From an uncultured Bdellovibrionales bacterium (GTDB lineage Bacteria; Patescibacteriota; Minisyncoccia; Moranbacterales; UBA1568): a stretch of 64,000 nt of DNA. Both the position numbers and the translations under genes were made by a program. Of the stretch, positions 48,768-59,657 are shown piece by piece (positions within the stretch are counted from its first letter, which is position 1; each line of letters starts with the position of its first letter). The DNA lies in NCBI GenBank assembly GCA_964436855.1, contig CAYTED010000001.1, positions 135,059 through 199,058 on the forward strand, in the 5' to 3' direction. The notes under the pieces are model-generated. The model was not told the DNA's origin and made no database searches. It saw only the letters and a list, made by a program, of their open reading frames with translations.

Positions 48768-49976
48768 TTAGAACTGCGCCGTAATATTGTAAATAGGCAT
48801 AAGAACACCGACCACGAGAATCGCCACACCGATACCGAGAATCACAATGAGAACCGGCTCGATCAGTGATGTCAGGTTTCGCGTCATCACTTCCACTTCC
48901 TGCGTATAAAAATCCGACACGCTTTTCAAGACATTCACTGTCGATCCGGTTTCTTCGCCAATCTTCACCATCTGCGTCACCATCGGAGGAATAATGGGTG
49001 ATGCCGCAAACACCCGACTCATCGACCCTCCCGTACGAACCTCCCCGGCCGCCCGGTCGATTACCTCGCGATACACATGACTCCCGACAACATTTCCCAC
49101 TACATCGAGCGCGCGAACAATCGGGATACCCCCATGAAGAAGCGCCCCGAGATTTTCCGCGAAGCGAATAAGGTACATTCGACTCGCGATCGCTCCGACA
49201 ACCGGGATTTTCAAAGTTATTTCTTCAAGATCGTTTTTACCCGCCGGAGTTCGAAGATAATAAATAATACCGCCGACCACTCCAAGAACACCGATCAACA
49301 CCGCGCCCCAATAATGACTCATAAAGTCTCCGATCCACATCAAAACCTTGGTATACCATGGAACCGCAATTTTCATATCAATAATAATCTGTGTAATTTT
49401 CGGCAAAATAAAGGTAATGACGAGAAATCCGATAATCCCCGCGACAAGAATGACAAAACCGGGATAGAAAAAGGCGCCCTTAATTTTCGATGTCAAATGA
49501 TAATTCTTCTCAATATTGTCAGCGACAAATTTAATTGAACGCTGAAGCCCTCCGGACATTTCTCCGGCCTTTACCATATTGACTACAAGCGGCGAAAACA
49601 CATCCGGATGCCGCTCAAGCGTCTCGGAAAAAGGCATTCCGTCGTCAATATCGTCGCGCATTTCCTGAATAACCACCCGAAGATAATCGTTATCGATCTG
49701 TTCGGCGATCGCGTCAAGCGAACTGGTAACCGGAACTTTCGCCTCAATCAAAACCGAGAGCTGCCGAAAAAACATCGCGAGCTCTTGCGGTTTTACGCCT
49801 TCCCAGAGCTTCTGAAGTTGATGCATCAGAGGAATATTTTTCTTTTCCCCTTCAATCGAAAGCACGATAAGACCGTTTTTCTGAAGAATTTCAGCCGCAA
49901 ACTCCTCGTTGATCGCCTCAACGAATCCTTCACGCACCTCTCCGAGTTCTGTTTTCGCTTTAAAAAAGAATTTCAT
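48768..49976 (-). CDS. pilC: Type IV pilus platform protein (GspF family)
   Basis: [28 protein letters not shown]. Confidence 0.94.
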   Translation of the reverse strand: MKFFFKAKTELGEVREGFVEAINEEFAAEILQKNGLIVLSIEGEKKNIPLMHQLQKLWEGVKPQELAMFFRQLSVLIEAKVPVTSSLDAIAEQIDNDYLRVVIQEMRDDIDDGMPFSETLERHPDVFSPLVVNMVKAGEMSGGLQRSIKFVADNIEKNYHLTSKIKGAFFYPGFVILVAGIIGFLVITFILPKITQIIIDMKIAVPWYTKVLMWIGDFMSHYWGAVLIGVLGVVGGIIYYLRTPAGKNDLEEITLKIPVVGAIASRMYLIRFAENLGALLHGGIPIVRALDVVGNVVGSHVYREVIDRAAGEVRTGGSMSRVFAASPIIPPMVTQMVKIGEETGSTVNVLKSVSDFYTQEVEVMTRNLTSLIEPVLIVILGIGVAILVVGVLMPIYNITAQF

Positions 49977-49996
49977 ACTGTTATTGAAACATCATT

Positions 49997-51082
49997 TCAT
50001 ATCCCGGCCTTTCCGACGAGCATTCGGAAATATTCTTGGCTCTTCGCGTATCGATACGCATCTTCCATAGAGACAACCCCGCGCCGAGCAAGATCCGCAA
50101 GCGCTCGGTCAAGCGATACCATTCCTTCTTTCATACCCGTTTCAATCACCGAGTCGATCTGGTAAATCTTGTTCTCGCGGATAAGATTTTCCACCGCGTG
50201 ATTTTTAAACATAAGTTCGACTGCCGGCGCTCGTCCGCCCCCGATCATCGGGAGAAGTCGCTGCGAAATAACTCCGAGAAGCGTACTTGCAAGCTGCGCG
50301 CGAATTTGATTCTGTTGATTTGGCGGAAAAACATCGATAATACGATCGATTGTTTGCGCGCTATCGTTCGTATGAAGTGTCGCAAAAATAAGATGCCCTG
50401 TTTCCGCGGCCGTCATCGCGGTTGCAATCGTCTCGAGATCGCGAAGCTCTCCAAGAAGCACCACATTCACATCCTCGCGAAACACCGCCTTGAGCGCGTC
50501 AGAAAATGATTTCGCATCGCGTCCAACCTCGCGCTGGTTGATAATCGACCGATCCTGAACATACACAAACTCGATCGGATCCTCAATCGTCAAAATATGC
50601 TTCTCCTGATTGCGATTGATATAGTCGATAATGGCCGCGAGCGTGGTCGACTTCCCGTGTCCGACCGGCCCGGTTACCAATACCAACCCTTGCGAATAAT
50701 TTGAAAAATCATAGAGAGCCGTTGGTATATTCAATTCCTCAAGATTGCGAAGACGCTCCATCAGGAAACGCATCGTAATACTCACATATCCGCGCTGAAA
50801 GAAAATATTACAACGAAACCGCGCCCGATCCTCAAAATTATAGGAGAAATCGACATGCCCTTTCTCCATAAGAATTTTCTTTTGTTCTTCGGTCAGGAGC
50901 GTGTTTGAAAACGCAAGCGTATCGGCAGGCGTGAGAATTTTCTCTTTCGTAACCGGACGCAACCCCCCATCCACGCGAAGTGTCGGATATCGGCCCACGG
51001 TAAAATGAAGATCTGACGCCTTCTCCTGACCCACCAGAAGAAGAAGATTTTTCAGGCGTTGTTCAATGTGTGCTGCTTCCAT
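49997..51082 (-). CDS. pilT: Type IV pilus retraction ATPase
   Basis: ASDLH, GPVGHGKSTT, TIEDPIE, QREVG, AAETGHL..TLHTN, NLIRE. Confidence 0.93.
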   Translation of the reverse strand: MEAAHIEQRLKNLLLLVGQEKASDLHFTVGRYPTLRVDGGLRPVTKEKILTPADTLAFSNTLLTEEQKKILMEKGHVDFSYNFEDRARFRCNIFFQRGYVSITMRFLMERLRNLEELNIPTALYDFSNYSQGLVLVTGPVGHGKSTTLAAIIDYINRNQEKHILTIEDPIEFVYVQDRSIINQREVGRDAKSFSDALKAVFREDVNVVLLGELRDLETIATAMTAAETGHLIFATLHTNDSAQTIDRIIDVFPPNQQNQIRAQLASTLLGVISQRLLPMIGGGRAPAVELMFKNHAVENLIRENKIYQIDSVIETGMKEGMVSLDRALADLARRGVVSMEDAYRYAKSQEYFRMLVGKAGI

Positions 51083-51192
51083 AAAATACTGTTTTGTTTG
51101 TATTTTTTTCTTCCCCTGTCCTCCGGACTGCTTTCACCGAAACCTCTCCAATCATAAGAAAATTGAGACCATAAGGAAAGTATCGACACCAA

Positions 51193-51576
51193 TCACTTTG
51201 GATCCGAAAAATATCCCGCCACCTTGTCAACCACTTCCGAGGGCGTAAAATGCGACTTGATCAGATAGTCCTTCGCTCCATATTTGAACGCATCTTCCAC
51301 CTGCTGCTTTTCAGAAATATTCGTGAGAAGAATCACCGGAATATTTTTCCACCCCTCCGTCTCCGACATTTTTTTCAAAACCTCGCGCCCATCCATATAC
51401 GGCATCACGATATCAAGCAACATAAGATCCGGTCGCACCCCCTCTTCGAGATGCTTGATCGCCTCGAGTCCGTTACTCGCCGAAATCACCTCATAGCCGG
51501 CATCGTCAAGTTTCACATGATAGATATCGGCAATAAACGGATCATCTTCGACGAGGAAAATTTTCTTCTTCCCCAT
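51193..51576 (-). CDS. Single-domain response regulator (CheY-like)
   Basis: LVEDD, LLDIVMP, ILLTN, DYLIK. Confidence 0.9.
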   Translation of the reverse strand: MGKKKIFLVEDDPFIADIYHVKLDDAGYEVISASNGLEAIKHLEEGVRPDLMLLDIVMPYMDGREVLKKMSETEGWKNIPVILLTNISEKQQVEDAFKYGAKDYLIKSHFTPSEVVDKVAGYFSDPK

Positions 51577-51671
51577 TGCAAGATCGTCGGTCGTTTCAAT
51601 CATACTCTTTAATTCATACATTCACTCTCTCTATTATGACGAGAGTTTGAAAAAAATTCAAATTCCGCACA

Positions 51672-53441
51672 TTACACCGCTTGCTGCTCAACGGAAGCCG
51701 CTTCGGAGGCGACCCCTTCCGGAGCAGCTTCTTTCGAAGACGTTTCCTCCGGAGAGAGATTTGCCTCTTCCTCGAGAAAAATATTCCCCTCGGTTACCCG
51801 CTCCACTTCCATGAGTGTCGTTAGGCCGGCCATTGATTTCAAAATCCCATCCTGTCGCATGGTTACTATCTTTTGATTCGGCAATATTTTTTCGATTTCG
51901 ATTTCCGATCCCTGCTTGTCCGTAATCACCGCTTTGATTTCATCCGTCACATCAATCACTTCAATAATAGCGACACGCCCTTTATATCCGGTTCCATTGC
52001 ACGCCTCACAGCCCTTCCCGCGATACACAAGAATCGAATCGAGGTTGTCATCAATATCGTATTTCGGAAATTCCTCCTTTGGAACGGAGGAAAGTTCTTG
52101 TCGAATATCTTCCACCACTTGCGAAGAGAGTTCCATCACCTCTTTACATTCCTCGCAAATTCTCCGGACCAATCGCTGCGCGGCAACCGCCTGAATCGAC
52201 GATGCCAGAAGAAACGGTTCCACGCTCATATCGATCAGTCGAGGAATCGTTCCAAGCGCGCTATTCGTGTGGAGTGTCGAGAGCACCAAATGCCCCGTAA
52301 GCGCCGCATGAATAGCAAGCTCCGCCGTTTCGTTATCTCGGATTTCCCCCACCATAATCACATTCGGATCCTGACGAAGAATTGAACGGAGCCCGCTTGC
52401 AAAGGTGTATCCGATTTCCGGTTTGATCTGACTCTGATTCACACCATCGATATAATATTCAACCGGATCTTCGAGAGTGATAATATTCCGTTCTTCCTGA
52501 TTGAGAATTTTTAGGAACGAATAAAGCGATGTGGATTTTCCCGAACCCGTCGGACCGGTGATCAGAATAATTCCAAACGGTTCGCGAATTTTTTTGAGCA
52601 AAATTTCCTGTGCGCGACCCCAAATACCCATTTCGTGAAAATCCGTCGCGGTATCGGTCTTTTCGAGTAAACGCATAACCACCTTTTCCCCTTCCATCAC
52701 CGGAAGCGTCGACACACGGAGGTCGATAATACGCCCACTTTGCTCCGTACGAAACCGGCCGTCCTGCGGCTTGCGTTTCTCATCAATTTTCAACGCGGAA
52801 AGAATTTTGATACGAGATACGACCGCGCGTCCTACATCGATCGGAAACACGAGCGAGGAGTGCAATACGCCATCGACACGAAACCGGACCCGATAATTTC
52901 CCTCGACCGGCTCGATATGAACATCGCTCGCCTTGCCATCAAGCGCGTGTTTGATAATCACTTCCACCAATTTCGCAATCGGCGCATCCTTGAAAAGTTC
53001 CCGATCTTTTTCCGAAATTTTGTCGATTTTTTTTTCTCCCGAATCGACGTCGTCCTTCCCTTTAATCGAAAGAATCGCTTCTTTCAGAGCATCATCCGCT
53101 ACCGTGTACCGTTTTACGATATCCTGAAACGTCCCTTCGGAGGCGAGATACGTATCGATACTCAAATTTTCCTTTTCCGAAAGAAATCGAAGTACATTGA
53201 GCGCATCAAAATCCTGTGGATCAACCATAGCAACCGAAAGAACGTCATCCTTTCGTTCGAATGCGGCCATTTTGTATTTTTCCGCGCTCTCCTGTGGAAT
53301 AAATTCCAAAACCGTTCGAGAAATTTCCCGCGGAGCAACCTCGAGAAACGGGATTCCGAGGCGAGTCGCCTTTTCTCGAACCGAAGAAGCTCCGTCCGCG
53401 GCGTCTTTCGCCGGAGACGTTCTTTTCGCGCTGCGAACCAT
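51672..53441 (-). CDS. pilB: Type IV pilus assembly ATPase (GspE/PilB)
   Basis: ASDVHIEP, PQDGR, GPTGSGKST, LRQDP..GEIRD, tetra-Cys motif. Confidence 0.94.
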   Translation of the reverse strand: MVRSAKRTSPAKDAADGASSVREKATRLGIPFLEVAPREISRTVLEFIPQESAEKYKMAAFERKDDVLSVAMVDPQDFDALNVLRFLSEKENLSIDTYLASEGTFQDIVKRYTVADDALKEAILSIKGKDDVDSGEKKIDKISEKDRELFKDAPIAKLVEVIIKHALDGKASDVHIEPVEGNYRVRFRVDGVLHSSLVFPIDVGRAVVSRIKILSALKIDEKRKPQDGRFRTEQSGRIIDLRVSTLPVMEGEKVVMRLLEKTDTATDFHEMGIWGRAQEILLKKIREPFGIILITGPTGSGKSTSLYSFLKILNQEERNIITLEDPVEYYIDGVNQSQIKPEIGYTFASGLRSILRQDPNVIMVGEIRDNETAELAIHAALTGHLVLSTLHTNSALGTIPRLIDMSVEPFLLASSIQAVAAQRLVRRICEECKEVMELSSQVVEDIRQELSSVPKEEFPKYDIDDNLDSILVYRGKGCEACNGTGYKGRVAIIEVIDVTDEIKAVITDKQGSEIEIEKILPNQKIVTMRQDGILKSMAGLTTLMEVERVTEGNIFLEEEANLSPEETSSKEAAPEGVASEAASVEQQAV

Positions 53442-53457
53442 AAAGAAGAAGCATTAT

Positions 53458-54282
53458 TTAGAGAAACGGATTCTCCCGTCCATTGGTTGACTTTTCTATC
53501 TCCGGAAGATTTGCTTTCTTTTGAATCATTTCAAGTCCGGAAAAATCCATCATGGATTTCCCAAAAACATCAAGCAAATAGGCGTTTTTCACATTCATCG
53601 GCGATCGATAGTACCGGAATCCGATCGTCATCTCCCCAATCAAAATATCTTCGTTATCAGATGAAGACGCGGCGGCGTTTTTATCATTCGAATTTTCTTT
53701 CTCTTTCTTTTTTATGGAAAAGGATTGAATCTCACTCTCCCGATCCATCTTGTATACCGATTCGAGAAAATTCTGAATACCCGCATACGAACCCACGACA
53801 CTGACATGCGCGGAGTACCTCATCGGCGATGGAAATTCCGGCGCGAGAAGAGTCTGATCGTCGGTATTCGCGGCGGAACCGGCGGCAAAAATCGCCGATG
53901 CGCTCGTCGGGACATTCGGATCAGACACAGCAGCAGTATTTGAATTCATCGACAAGGAAATGGCTGTCAGCGATACCCCCGACTGCCGACTCAAATAATT
54001 GAAAGAGTCGATCACGCGATCCTGATCAAGCGCGTCCGGAAAGTATCGTTCCATAATACCTCCCGCGTTTTCTTCGTTTTGAAAAGACGCTATGACGGAT
54101 TTAATATTTCCCGCGCGACTCTTCACCTGATCCAAATTTCCCCGCAAGGTGCTAATCTCCGTCCGCGCAACGAGAATACTCGCCACTGTCGGCTTAATAT
54201 ACGCAAGTATAATAACAAGCGTCATAATGAGAGCGAACGGGAAAAAAAGAATTTTCAGGCTCATAGATTTTATTGATAACAA
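53458..54282 (-). CDS. PilO-like alignment protein
   Basis: TM, coiled coil, VVGSYAGIQNFL..R; located after pilM and the PilN-like gene. Confidence 0.7.
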   Translation of the reverse strand: MLSIKSMSLKILFFPFALIMTLVIILAYIKPTVASILVARTEISTLRGNLDQVKSRAGNIKSVIASFQNEENAGGIMERYFPDALDQDRVIDSFNYLSRQSGVSLTAISLSMNSNTAAVSDPNVPTSASAIFAAGSAANTDDQTLLAPEFPSPMRYSAHVSVVGSYAGIQNFLESVYKMDRESEIQSFSIKKKEKENSNDKNAAASSSDNEDILIGEMTIGFRYYRSPMNVKNAYLLDVFGKSMMDFSGLEMIQKKANLPEIEKSTNGRENPFL

Positions 54283-54302
54283 TCACTTACAAACTGAAAA
54301 AT

Positions 54303-54866
54303 TTACCGTTTCGCCTCGGCATTCGATGCGACTCGCTCCATATCGAACACAAAATCAACCGTTCCATCTTTTCCGAGCGAAAGATTGCCCGTCGACACAT
54401 TCAGAAAATTTTTCGACTGCTTGAAAATGTGCATCTGTTCGGCGACATTACGAAACTCCTGCGCCTTCCCAGTAATATGCACCGTATTCTTCTCAAAACT
54501 GTTTTCATATGTCCCAAGCTTCACCTCCGGAATGACCTCCGCGGAAAGAACGGCAAGCTCACTTTTCGGATTGATATCGGGAATGGATCGCTTGGCAACC
54601 ACTTCTTTGGTTTTCACAAAGAAACGAGCGGCACCCTGAATATCCTCTCCCCCGTAGCTCACGCGCTTTTCTTCATCGATCTGCAAAACCAAAGAAGTCT
54701 TCGTTTTTTCGAGACTTTGCAAATAAAAATACACTCCGCCGTAGGAGCCTCCGGCAAGGACCAGAAGAATGAAGGCAATATAAATACTTTTGTCAGCAAA
54801 ACTCGCCCGCGGCTTCAGTTTTTCTTCCGCCACTTTCGCCGACTGTGAAAGATTGATTCCCGGCAT
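54303..54866 (-). CDS. PilN-like alignment protein
   Basis: N-terminal INL motif, TM, coiled coil, ITGKA. Start taken at MPGINL. Confidence 0.72.
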   Translation of the reverse strand: MPGINLSQSAKVAEEKLKPRASFADKSIYIAFILLVLAGGSYGGVYFYLQSLEKTKTSLVLQIDEEKRVSYGGEDIQGAARFFVKTKEVVAKRSIPDINPKSELAVLSAEVIPEVKLGTYENSFEKNTVHITGKAQEFRNVAEQMHIFKQSKNFLNVSTGNLSLGKDGTVDFVFDMERVASNAEAKR

Positions 54867-55026
54867 ATGTTTGTTCTCTTTTTTTCTTTTGATGTTTCTT
54901 TCAAGAAAAAGTATACCACAACTCTCCCATCCGTATCCAGTACGCAAACCCTATCGCTATTCTTCTTTCATTTCCCCCTCAATTTCTTTATCGCTCATTG
55001 TCAAAGATCCGTTATCCGATATTCAA

Positions 55027-56100
55027 TTATTTCTCCTTATCGATTCCCTGCACACCGCCGAGCGCGAGTCCGATCGCCACCGAAAACGATGTTCCCATCT
55101 TTTCCACCATCGGGCGAAGCTTTTCGCTCACCTCCACATTTTTCCACGGATCGCCCCGCTCGACGGAAACACCGAGCGTTTTCGAGAAATATTCCGGAAG
55201 ACCGACAAATTGCGACGAACCTCCGGAAAGAAAGACTTTCTTCACGCTTGATTTCCCTTCCTCTTTCTCGCTGTACGCCTGAACAATCCGTTGGATTTCC
55301 GTTCCGATAACATCGATCGAGGGAAATGTCAGCCCTCCTTCGCCATCCGCAAGAAAGTTTTGTCCGCTCCGTTTCAATTCTTCCGCACGAGCAAACGCGA
55401 TATTCATTCCCTCCGAAAGTGTCCGCGTTATGTCTTTTCCTCCGATCGCGATATTGCGACTCAATTGCACCAAACCATCCTCGATAAGAAGAATATTCGT
55501 CGCGCGAAATCCGATATCGGCGATAATGTGCGCACCGGATTCCTTCCCGACAATGGCGCGCGCCAAAGGAAACGTCTCGAGTTCAAGAAATTTCAGATGA
55601 AGCTTTGCGTCGGCTGCATATTTATTGTATCGGTTAATCTCCTTGTTGAGCGCCGCCACGAGCAAGACTTCGATCTTGCCGACCTTTGCCCCGTCCGGAG
55701 CGGTCACCTCTCGCCTCTTCACAATCTCCCAACTCAACGACACTTCTTCGAGCGCGGAAGGGATATATTTGTGCGCCTCAAACTGAATCGCTTCTTCCAA
55801 TTCTTTGTCTTGCAGATTCGGAAGTTCGATCAGTGTAACCAGACCAACGAAAGCCGGGAGTGCCATATACGCCTCGCGCTTCTCCGGTCTCATTCGTTCG
55901 AGGAGCGCTTTCAAGTAGAGTGTTTCCTCGTCATCGTACGAATGATCCTGATGCACTCGACCCTCCTCAATATTCGAAAGACTCACTTCGGCATAATTAA
56001 CAAGCTTCGCCAGACCGCCGCTTTTCGGTTCAAGCTCGATCGCCTTGATAGACGATGTTCCGAAATCAATCCCGAGAAAAGTTTCCTTTCCAAACAACAT
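55027..56100 (-). CDS. pilM: Type IV pilus assembly protein PilM
   Basis: LGIDFGTSSIK, FEAHKYIP, ADIG, LSGGSS, VAIGLAL. Confidence 0.93.
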   Translation of the reverse strand: MLFGKETFLGIDFGTSSIKAIELEPKSGGLAKLVNYAEVSLSNIEEGRVHQDHSYDDEETLYLKALLERMRPEKREAYMALPAFVGLVTLIELPNLQDKELEEAIQFEAHKYIPSALEEVSLSWEIVKRREVTAPDGAKVGKIEVLLVAALNKEINRYNKYAADAKLHLKFLELETFPLARAIVGKESGAHIIADIGFRATNILLIEDGLVQLSRNIAIGGKDITRTLSEGMNIAFARAEELKRSGQNFLADGEGGLTFPSIDVIGTEIQRIVQAYSEKEEGKSSVKKVFLSGGSSQFVGLPEYFSKTLGVSVERGDPWKNVEVSEKLRPMVEKMGTSFSVAIGLALGGVQGIDKEK

Positions 56101-56212
56101 ACTCTAGAGAAAATACGATAGGTTTTTGTTTCTGTCCTTCCAATTGTACCTCGAAGAAAAAAATTCGAAAAGCTCCCCCGAAAAATCAACTCCCGAAACT
56201 CTCTCCGGGCTT

Positions 56213-56241
56213 TTGACCGAAAAGGTTTTCTCCGCTACAAT
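56213..56241 (+). promoter_or_regulatory. Sigma70 promoter of clpC-comF
   Basis: TTGACC-17 bp-TACAAT, 18 bp before the ATG. Confidence 0.65.
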
Positions 56242-56259
56242 CCATCTCCGTGATACACT

Positions 56260-58725
56260 ATGTCTATGGATCCAACCTTCATCAAAAAACTTTCCCGTCA
56301 CGCGAGACAATCGCTCTTCGGCGCCCAAGAAATCGCCCTTCGATCAGGGGAGTCTTCCATCGAGCCCAAACACCTTCTTCTCTCGCTTCTCGCGGAAAAG
56401 GGCGGCTTAGGAGGTCTGATTCTCGAAAATGCCGGTTTCCGAAAAGATCGCCTTGGAGCGCTTCGGCCGACCAAATCCTCGACCAAACCGAAATCAAAAG
56501 AATCGTTCCGAACAATCGATTTTTCTTCCGCGACAAAAAATATCCTCATTCGATCCTTCTCCATCGCGAGCGAACACCACTCTCCCTATGTCGGCACCGA
56601 ACACTTTGCGCTCGCGCTTGCCGAGTCCGGAGATTCGTCGGTCGGTAACTTTTTCTCGGCATTCGGGGTCGAGCGAGACAAAACGGCAACCTCCATTCGT
56701 TCACACTTAAACCTCGAACACTTTCCTCCGCTCTCAAAAATGTTCAACCTTCCCGAAATTACCCTCGCCAAAAAATCCGCGCACACAAAAGAATCAACTC
56801 CTTTTCTCGATCAATACGCGATCGATCTCGGCGCACGCACGGAAGACGAGCCATTTGTCGGACGCGCGGCCGAAACCGAACGCATCCTTCACATCCTCGG
56901 ACGAAAACACAAAAACAACCCCCTCCTCCTCGGTGAACCGGGTGTCGGAAAAACCGCCCTCGTCGCCGCGCTCGCAAGACATATTCGGGAAGATCGTTTT
57001 TCACCGCTTGCCGGCAAGAAAATCCTTTCGCTCGATCTTGCGCTTATCGTCGCCGGAACGAGTTTTCGCGGCGAATTCGAAGCGCGAATGAAAGAAATCG
57101 TCCGCGAAGCGACAAACAATCCATCCGTTATTCTTTTTATCGACGAAATTCACACGCTTGTCGGTGCCGGCAATTCGACCGGCGGACTCGATGCCGCCAA
57201 TATTCTCAAACCCGCGCTCGCTCGAGGCGACATTCGCCTGATCGGCGCAACCACGCTTGTCGAATATAAACGCCACATCGAAAAAGATCCCGCGCTCGAT
57301 CGTCGATTCCAAACCATCCTCGTCCACGAGCCATCAGCCGAAGAGGCGGAACAAATTCTCCTCGAATCAAAATCGTCGTTTGAAGAGTTTCACGACGTTT
57401 CAATCGACGATACCGCGATCAAAACGGCGGTTGAACTCTCCGTCCGATATATTCACGACCGTTTCCTCCCCGACAAAGCATTCGACCTCCTCGACGAAGC
57501 TTCTTCACTCGCAAAACAATCTTCCTTCTCTTCCGAAACACATTCAATCAAACTCGCTCGTCTCGAAGCCGACCGCCGGACACTCCAAAAAGAAAAAGAG
57601 GAAGCTATTCTTGCCGAAGATTACGATCGTGCCGCGATTATCAAAGCGCAAGAGCTCCATATTCAAAAAACACTTTCTTCCCTTCCAAAAATATCAGACA
57701 CATCAAAAACCCGAAAAAAGAGATGGGTTGTTGCTCCGGAACATATTGTCCGCATCCTCTCAAAAACAACCGGCATCCCGATCGAAAAGCTTTCTCCCGA
57801 AAATCGCCAACCATTTTCGGGAGCCGCAAAAAACGCTCTGTACGCCTCGATTCGCGGACAAAAACAAGCGATCGACATCGTCACCAAATCCCTCGTCCGT
57901 TCGGCCGCCGGAACAAGCGACCCAAAACGTCCCCTCGCGTCATTTCTCTTCCTCGGTCCCTCCGGTGTCGGGAAAACCCTCCTTGCCAAAACAATCGCCG
58001 AACATTTTTTTGGAAACGAACATCACCTCGTTCGAATCGATATGAGCGAATTCGGAGAGCGCCACAACATCGCTCAACTCATCGGTTCTCCCGCCGGCTA
58101 TGTCGGCTACGGCGAAGGCGGCAAACTCACCGAAAAAATTCGCCGCGCGCCCTATTCGGTCGTCCTCTTCGATGAAATCGAAAAAGCACATCCCGACACG
58201 ACCAATATCCTTCTTTCCATTCTCGAAGACGGCATCCTAACCGATGCCGAGGGACGTTCGGCGAATTTCCGAAACACGATTATTATTCTCACTTCAAATA
58301 TCGGCACGCATTCATTTACCACCGAAAAAATCGGCTTCGACCGCGCGCGAAAAACGGAATCTATCCGAAACGACATTCTCGACGAACTGAAGAAAACCCT
58401 CCGACCGGAACTCCTCTCGCGACTTGGCGATGTCGTCCTGTTTGATCCGCTCGACGAACAATCGCTTGCGGAAATCGCAACTCTTGAACTCGAAAAGCTC
58501 GCCGCGCGCCTCAAGAAAAACCGATATTCCCTCCGATGGACAAAAACTATTCCCGAACGCATCGGCAAAGAAAGCGCCGAAACAAGAGATGGCGGTCGTC
58601 TCGTCCGCAAAAAAATCGAGAGCGATATCGAACACCAAGTCGCGGAAATTATTCTCACAAAACCGAAAGCGAAAAAAATTCTTCTCTCCGAAAAAAATGG
58701 CACTATCGTCGCCACGACTTCATAG
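56260..58725 (+). CDS. clpC: ATP-dependent Clp protease ATP-binding subunit (ClpC-like)
   Basis: Two Clp N repeats, GEPGVGKT, UVR-type short M domain (KEEAILAEDYDRAA), GPSGVGKT, KIGF loop. Confidence 0.88.
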   Translation: MSMDPTFIKKLSRHARQSLFGAQEIALRSGESSIEPKHLLLSLLAEKGGLGGLILENAGFRKDRLGALRPTKSSTKPKSKESFRTIDFSSATKNILIRSFSIASEHHSPYVGTEHFALALAESGDSSVGNFFSAFGVERDKTATSIRSHLNLEHFPPLSKMFNLPEITLAKKSAHTKESTPFLDQYAIDLGARTEDEPFVGRAAETERILHILGRKHKNNPLLLGEPGVGKTALVAALARHIREDRFSPLAGKKILSLDLALIVAGTSFRGEFEARMKEIVREATNNPSVILFIDEIHTLVGAGNSTGGLDAANILKPALARGDIRLIGATTLVEYKRHIEKDPALDRRFQTILVHEPSAEEAEQILLESKSSFEEFHDVSIDDTAIKTAVELSVRYIHDRFLPDKAFDLLDEASSLAKQSSFSSETHSIKLARLEADRRTLQKEKEEAILAEDYDRAAIIKAQELHIQKTLSSLPKISDTSKTRKKRWVVAPEHIVRILSKTTGIPIEKLSPENRQPFSGAAKNALYASIRGQKQAIDIVTKSLVRSAAGTSDPKRPLASFLFLGPSGVGKTLLAKTIAEHFFGNEHHLVRIDMSEFGERHNIAQLIGSPAGYVGYGEGGKLTEKIRRAPYSVVLFDEIEKAHPDTTNILLSILEDGILTDAEGRSANFRNTIIILTSNIGTHSFTTEKIGFDRARKTESIRNDILDELKKTLRPELLSRLGDVVLFDPLDEQSLAEIATLELEKLAARLKKNRYSLRWTKTIPERIGKESAETRDGGRLVRKKIESDIEHQVAEIILTKPKAKKILLSEKNGTIVATTS

Positions 58726-59461
58726 CCTTTCTCTCTTCATACAACGAGTCGCTCGAAATGCGGCTCGTTTTGTACTGGATCTTTTCTTCCCATTCTTCTG
58801 CGTCGGCTGCAAAAAACAAAACGCCCTCCTCTGCTCTTCGTGTCTTCAAAAAATTCCCTTCCTTGCCGAACACTATTGTCCGATCTGCGAAACACGCATC
58901 ACGCCATTTGGGAAAATCTGCGCCGACTGTTTTGGAAAAACACCTCTCGACGGCATCTTTGCCGCCTCATCGTACAAAAACAAAACACTGAAACATGCCA
59001 TTCATACATTCAAATACCGTTTCGCCCGCTCGATCGCCCGTCCGATTGCCGACCACCTCGCCCGTTCACTCCTTCGATCTTCGCTTCCGCTTCCGGATCT
59101 CATCGTTCCCGTCCCGCTTCATTCGTGGCGACTCCGATGGCGCGGATTCAATCAGGCGGAGGAGCTCGCACTCGCGATGAAAACATTCCTTCTTCCCGGA
59201 AACGAGATTCCGATACGCAACCTCCTCCGACGAACACGCTTCACCCTTCCGCAAATCAAAACAAAAACAAAACAAGAGCGAAAAGAAAATCTCGAAAACG
59301 CCTTCGCGCTCGCAAAACACATTCCGATCGAAACAATCCGAGGGAAACGCATTTGGCTTATCGACGATGTCGCGACAACCGGCACTACGCTTGAAAAATG
59401 CGCCGACATTCTCAAAAAATCCGACGCGAAAGAAGTCTTCGGCGTCGTAGTTGCTCGATAA
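58697..59461 (+). CDS. comF: ComF-family competence protein (zinc ribbon + PRTase domain)
   Basis: DLFFPFFCVGC.., VPVPLH..R..RGFNQA, LIDDVATTGTT. Start uncertain. Confidence 0.9.
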   Translation: MALSSPRLHSLSLFIQRVARNAARFVLDLFFPFFCVGCKKQNALLCSSCLQKIPFLAEHYCPICETRITPFGKICADCFGKTPLDGIFAASSYKNKTLKHAIHTFKYRFARSIARPIADHLARSLLRSSLPLPDLIVPVPLHSWRLRWRGFNQAEELALAMKTFLLPGNEIPIRNLLRRTRFTLPQIKTKTKQERKENLENAFALAKHIPIETIRGKRIWLIDDVATTGTTLEKCADILKKSDAKEVFGVVVAR

Positions 59462-59657
59462 AATCGGTCGGTGCATAACTCATTATGTCCAACCCTTTAC
59501 AGAAAAATTCCGAAGGAGTATACCAAAGGAAGAATCTCTACCAAGAGAGTCTCAAGAAAAGTGAGGGCTTCAGAAGGTAACAAGAGCGCCTCACCCGTCA
59601 AAAACAAAAAGTCCCTTCAAAATCAAAAACAACCAACAATCGACAAGGAGAGTCATC